Virus record (IMG/VR): IMGVR_UViG_3300027861_000043 | Coordinates: 1-50,356 of that record | Length of the DNA stretch: 50,356 nucleotides | From: a virus | Taxonomy: Duplodnaviria; Caudoviricetes | Strand: one strand, 5' to 3' | Shown: positions 46,960-50,356 of the stretch, in pieces | Layout of the letters: the number at the start of each line of letters is the position of its first letter | How positions within the stretch are numbered: the stretch's first letter is position 1 | Translations under genes and position numbers: made by a program | The notes under the pieces: model-generated | What the model saw: the letters and a program-made list of their open reading frames with translations, nothing else | What the model was told of the DNA's origin: nothing | The model's database searches: none

Positions 46960-47445
46960 GAGAGGACAAAAGTTTGGGAAAACGGACAAAAACTTTTGTC
47001 CTCCTTAAGTCTATGATTTATAACAGTTTTTCGGGTTTTTTGAGGTTGAGAGGACAAAAGTTAAAATAAAATATTTAAAATTTGGGGTAATGAAATCAAT
47101 AGCTTAGAGGTGAAAAGGACAAAAGGACACAAAATAAGGCTGTTTTGGGGTGCAGCTCTGTAGCTCCACAGCCACAGCCAGTACTAAGCTACAGTTACTA
47201 TATAAATACTAGTATATCTTTATAATAAGTAGTATATTTTGTGTCCTTTTGTCCTTTTGCCTTGTAAGTCATTGATTTATAAAGCCCAAATTTTAAATAT
47301 TATTTTTGGTTTTTGTCCAAACTTTTGTCCTCTTGCTCTGTAAGTTATTGATTTTACAGGGTAATTCGGGCTTTTTGCCTTAAAGTGCAACTTTTGTCCT
47401 CTTAGAGCAACTTTTGTCCTTTCGACCTCTAAGTCATTGATTTAT
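46960..47445. other. putative replication origin: iterons, IHF boxes, AT-rich core
   Basis: about 12 AGGACAAAAG-like iterons, mostly converging on AT-rich 47195-47240; 24-bp perfect inverted repeat 47113-47136/47235-47258; four exact WATCAAN4TTR sites. Confidence 0.75.
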
Positions 47446-47677
47446 AAGGCCCAAATAAAATATTTTAAATTTGGGTATTTTAAGTGGATTTCAGGGTAAA
47501 TGAGAATTGCTCCATTAAAGGACACATATTTCCACTGGTTGAAGATAAAATGAGATTTGAAAGTAAAAATAAGTGGACTTTGACCTAAAAATAAATTTGA
47601 CAAGTGGATTTTGTTTGTGTTACCGCGTGTGCGCGTTCTATTTATAGAAAGTTTTTAAAAATAAGTGGATTATTTAA

Positions 47678-47705
47678 TTGCTAAGTGGATTATTTATGCT
47701 ATAGT
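47678..47705 (+). promoter_or_regulatory. rightward promoter with extended -10
   Basis: TTGCTA-N16-TATAGT with TGn; TAAGTGGATTATTTA direct repeats at 47662 and 47682. Confidence 0.65.
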
Positions 47706-47740
47706 TACCATATCGCTTAGGAAAACAACGGGAACGAAAA

Positions 47741-47923
47741 ATGAGCAAACTACAAGATATAATTACTAAACTGAATAAGCTTGAAAATGAATTGTGGAAT
47801 GTAACAAACTCTAAATCATTATCAAGGGGACAGAAAGTAATTCAAAGCGAGCGTATTAAATTGAAGATAAGAAAGGTTAAGCGAGTCAGAGACATTGCAC
47901 TAGCTGACTGGTCAGAGGAATAA
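47741..47923 (+). CDS. small basic helical protein
   Basis: GGA RBS; first gene after promoter. Confidence 0.65.
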   Translation: MSKLQDIITKLNKLENELWNVTNSKSLSRGQKVIQSERIKLKIRKVKRVRDIALADWSEE

Positions 47924-47927
47924 GAAA

Positions 47928-48356
47928 ATGATAGTAACTGAGAGAGCTATAGCCATATTTGATAACATGTACAGCGGTACTTGGCGATCTGAGTCTGTAC
48001 CTCTTGGTCAGATGGAAGATTGGCAAGATGAGGTAACTACGCTATATATTGAGAGAGCGCTCAGTGTGTACTTGCAAGAGACAGGTAACAGCTTGCCTGT
48101 TTACCCTGATAGCGATTGTGAGCATGAGCTTGATTGCTATTACTACCACTTGGAAGCTATAGAGAATACAGCTGAAGATTATTTTAAAGATAGATACCCT
48201 GATTTTGTTATCGATAGTAACACGCAGGTTGTCACATTGTGTAACTACAAAGGCGAAGGTGAGTGTATATCTTTACTTGAGCTATCAGAGAGTTTACCTA
48301 TCTACGTGTCAAAACGAGAGAGCTATGACTATAAACTTAGAGGAATAAGAGAATGA
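47928..48356 (+). CDS. acidic hypothetical protein
   Basis: GAGG RBS; D/E/Y-rich; flanked by 18-bp near-identical RBS repeats. Confidence 0.7.
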   Translation: MIVTERAIAIFDNMYSGTWRSESVPLGQMEDWQDEVTTLYIERALSVYLQETGNSLPVYPDSDCEHELDCYYYHLEAIENTAEDYFKDRYPDFVIDSNTQVVTLCNYKGEGECISLLELSESLPIYVSKRESYDYKLRGIRE

Positions 48357-48604
48357 CTAAATCACAATTTAAAAAGGCTTACCGTCAAGCGCGAAAATTA
48401 ATATATGTAAACGGTATGAGTTCTTTGCAGCCTTTACTTGATATTGGATTTACTAAAATTCAAGCGTTGGATTTAATTTTTCCAACTTTAAAAGCTGCAA
48501 ATGTCGGTTATTCGATTTTGATTGAACAACCAACTTTAAAATCAAATCTTAAAAACGGCAAACTATATGTTTATGGCGCGCCTGTAAATTTATTCAACTA
48601 TTAG
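48353..48604 (+). CDS. hypothetical protein
   Basis: GAGG RBS; MTKSQFKKAY..ARK start. Confidence 0.7.
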   Translation: MTKSQFKKAYRQARKLIYVNGMSSLQPLLDIGFTKIQALDLIFPTLKAANVGYSILIEQPTLKSNLKNGKLYVYGAPVNLFNY

Positions 48605-48616
48605 GAATTAAATAAA

Positions 48617-48751
48617 ATGAGCAAATTAATTATGAACAAATTAATCATGAAAAGAAACGCGGCAAATTATAACCCAAAAATGAGCTGGAAAGTGCGCTTA
48701 AATCTCGCTGTTTATTCAGCGCCTAAAAAATCAAACTTAAATTTTAAATAA
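48617..48751 (+). CDS. 44-aa basic peptide (not in ORF track)
   Basis: AGGA RBS; MSKLIMNKLIMKRNAANYNPKMSWKVRLNLAVYSAPKKSNLNFK; 15-bp tandem duplication at the start. Confidence 0.55.
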   Translation: MSKLIMNKLIMKRNAANYNPKMSWKVRLNLAVYSAPKKSNLNFK

Positions 48752-48765
48752 GGAATAAAATTATC

Positions 48766-49245
48766 ATGAATAGATACACCCAGAAAGATTATCAAAACGA
48801 GCTAACCGGAATCAATAAGCGTTTAGCGTGGGATTTATCACTTGAATTTGTTGGTTATGGTGGTCGTTATAATATGACCTATTCAGACCGTTATGTATTG
48901 CTAGATGATGGTGAGTTATCAGATTATGGTTGTATTGAATGCGGTACGCCTCGTGAGGCTTTATTAGGTGCTTATCGTTTGACAAGCGATGCAAAAAGGA
49001 ATAACAAAATAACACGCGAACAGGCTAAACAACTAGCTTATATTTTTGGGGTTGATTTTGATTTAGATTTTTATCAGCATAGATTAGAGGTTTCTGAATT
49101 ACTTTTAAATTTGGCTAAAGCTTCTAAGTATAGAAAGCCTCGAAATGCTAACGGCTCAACCGCTCGTTACTTTTACGAACATTTAAACAAGCGAGTAAAA
49201 GTAAAAATGCACTACAACGTTAAATCATTGAATGACGAGGTTTAA
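48766..49245 (+). CDS. hypothetical protein with YRKP.NANGS.ARYF motif
   Basis: AGGA RBS; two-part protein. Confidence 0.75.
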   Translation: MNRYTQKDYQNELTGINKRLAWDLSLEFVGYGGRYNMTYSDRYVLLDDGELSDYGCIECGTPREALLGAYRLTSDAKRNNKITREQAKQLAYIFGVDFDLDFYQHRLEVSELLLNLAKASKYRKPRNANGSTARYFYEHLNKRVKVKMHYNVKSLNDEV

Positions 49246-49249
49246 AATT

Positions 49250-49756
49250 ATGAAAAAAATCACAAGAGAAGGTAAGACTCAATTTATTTTTAAATTAGTT
49301 GATGAGAACGAGCCACTAAAAAAAGATAAAAGCTTTAAATTTTTTATTAATCATCCAAAGTTGAAAACTAATAAAAGCTATTGTTTAATTGCTGAATATT
49401 TAGATTCTATTGGTATGAATAATGAATCTGAATTCATAAAATCACATCAATATGATACGTTAAAAATCATATTAGATGTGGCTTATAGATGTTGGTTGCC
49501 ATCAGCAAAAACTTATAAATTTAATGAATTATTTAATGATACCAAACACAGTATGAAAGTTAAATTAAAAGAATTTATAACCGAGCAAGGATATATATAT
49601 GGTGATGATTATGAAAAACTCTATTTTGAAATTATCACGCCAAACGGTTCTAAATCTTCATTTTTACATTATAAATATCAACAAATTATCGGCGGTCGTA
49701 AATTATGTAAAATTGATTTAGAATCTTTTAAAAATTCTGGTATTTATCAAAGATAA
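49250..49756 (+). CDS. hypothetical protein
   Basis: GAGG RBS favours ATG 49250; very AT-rich. Confidence 0.7.
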   Translation: MKKITREGKTQFIFKLVDENEPLKKDKSFKFFINHPKLKTNKSYCLIAEYLDSIGMNNESEFIKSHQYDTLKIILDVAYRCWLPSAKTYKFNELFNDTKHSMKVKLKEFITEQGYIYGDDYEKLYFEIITPNGSKSSFLHYKYQQIIGGRKLCKIDLESFKNSGIYQR

Positions 49757-49801
49757 ATAACCCCCGCCACCATTGGCAGAAAATAAAAGGATAAAATTAT
49801 T

Positions 49802-50170
49802 ATGAGCATAGAAAAAGATATTATTATTGAAGATTTTAAAACCGCTTTAATTTGGCAAGATGAAAATCTAGACGAATATCAAGATTGTGAATTGTCATAT
49901 AGTGCAATAGAAAAAATTGAACAAACATGCTGTATATTTTTGGCGTGTGTGTCGATGGATAAGCAAGCAACAATCGAAGCAACAAACCACGATATTGTCG
50001 GACATGATTTAGCATTGCAAATGTTGGGTCATGGGGTTGGATTTTGGGAACAAAAAGAAACTAAAACACTAGATACAATTTTAAATATGTTATTAGATAT
50101 GAAGGCAATCAAACCTTTTCATTTATACTATGATGATGACGATAAGAAATTAGATTGGGATATTGTTTAA
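49802..50170 (+). CDS. acidic protein with GHD..L...GHG.GFW motif
   Basis: AGGA RBS; I recall this motif from phage early-region proteins of unknown function. Confidence 0.75.
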   Translation: MSIEKDIIIEDFKTALIWQDENLDEYQDCELSYSAIEKIEQTCCIFLACVSMDKQATIEATNHDIVGHDLALQMLGHGVGFWEQKETKTLDTILNMLLDMKAIKPFHLYYDDDDKKLDWDIV

Positions 50171-50171
50171 A

Positions 50172-50273
50172 ATGGAATGGTTAATAGTATTGAGCTTTTT
50201 CTTTTTTCCTAATTTATCGATTTACCTTTTAATTTGGTATATTTGGAAAGTCTATTTACAATCGGATGATTGA
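50172..50273 (+). CDS. 33-aa hydrophobic membrane peptide (not in ORF track)
   Basis: MEWLIVLSFFFFPNLSIYLLIWYIWKVYLQSDD; ends just before the terminator. Confidence 0.55.
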   Translation: MEWLIVLSFFFFPNLSIYLLIWYIWKVYLQSDD

Positions 50274-50278
50274 ATATT

Positions 50279-50303
50279 AAAACCGCTTATATAGCGGTTT
50301 TTT
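50279..50303 (+). terminator. rho-independent terminator
   Basis: AAAACCGCT-tatat-AGCGGTTTT then TT. Confidence 0.85.
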
Positions 50304-50318
50304 ATTGCCTTCTATATA

Positions 50319-50356
50319 AGGGGGTATCACACACACATACGTATCACACACACACA
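50319..50356 (+). repeat. AGGGGGTA box plus GTAT(CA)n direct repeat at the right end
   Basis: AGGGGGTA matches the left-end motif; GTATCACACACACA at 50324-50337 and 50341-50354. Confidence 0.7.

Noticed and set aside
46839-47069. 76-aa ORF in the origin region
   Set aside because: Crosses the leftward promoter and iterons; no RBS
46960-47445. CRISPR array
   Set aside because: Repeats are ~10 bp, in both orientations and irregularly spaced; they fit iterons
47597-47625. additional rightward promoter at TTGACA 47597
   Set aside because: No acceptable -10 at 16-18 bp spacing

Overview
The window looks like a complete or near-complete ~50.4 kb tailed dsDNA phage genome (long non-contractile tail) opened at a lambda-like cos site. 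The host is Gram-negative (two-component spanins), probably a proteobacterium (IHF-consensus boxes, sigma70 promoters). Left arm (+): TerS, TerL (lambda gpA family), gpW, lambda-type portal, then an unusual ~10.8 kb insert of a lysis cassette plus large IPT/LamG/beta-propeller proteins. After that come a protease-capsid fusion, head-tail connectors, a GroES co-chaperonin, tail tube, tape measure and tail tip genes. Middle: a leftward operon (SF2 helicase, family B DNA polymerase) headed by a ~390 nt highly structured leader with several tRNA T-loop-like hairpins, and a divergent rightward operon (DUF2800-like nuclease, DUF2815-like SSB, VRR-NUC, primase-SF3 helicase). Right end: small accessory genes diverging from an iteron/IHF-rich origin. 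I saw no integrase, canonical tRNA, CRISPR array or reverse transcriptase. Most notable: (1) the T-loop-array RNA with a possible alternative-pairing switch; (2) a LECT2-like M23 endolysin; (3) no Pro-Gly dipeptide in the proteins read (CCNGG avoidance rewriting conserved motifs); (4) a putative head-appendage module with a shared C-terminal P-x-x-E-x-N motif; (5) unannotated small peptides, including a secreted 4-Cys cationic peptide; (6) accessory genes bracketed by RBS-containing direct repeats; (7) a 39-bp exact copy of terL inside a replication-operon gene. All family calls come from motif recognition by eye, not database searches.
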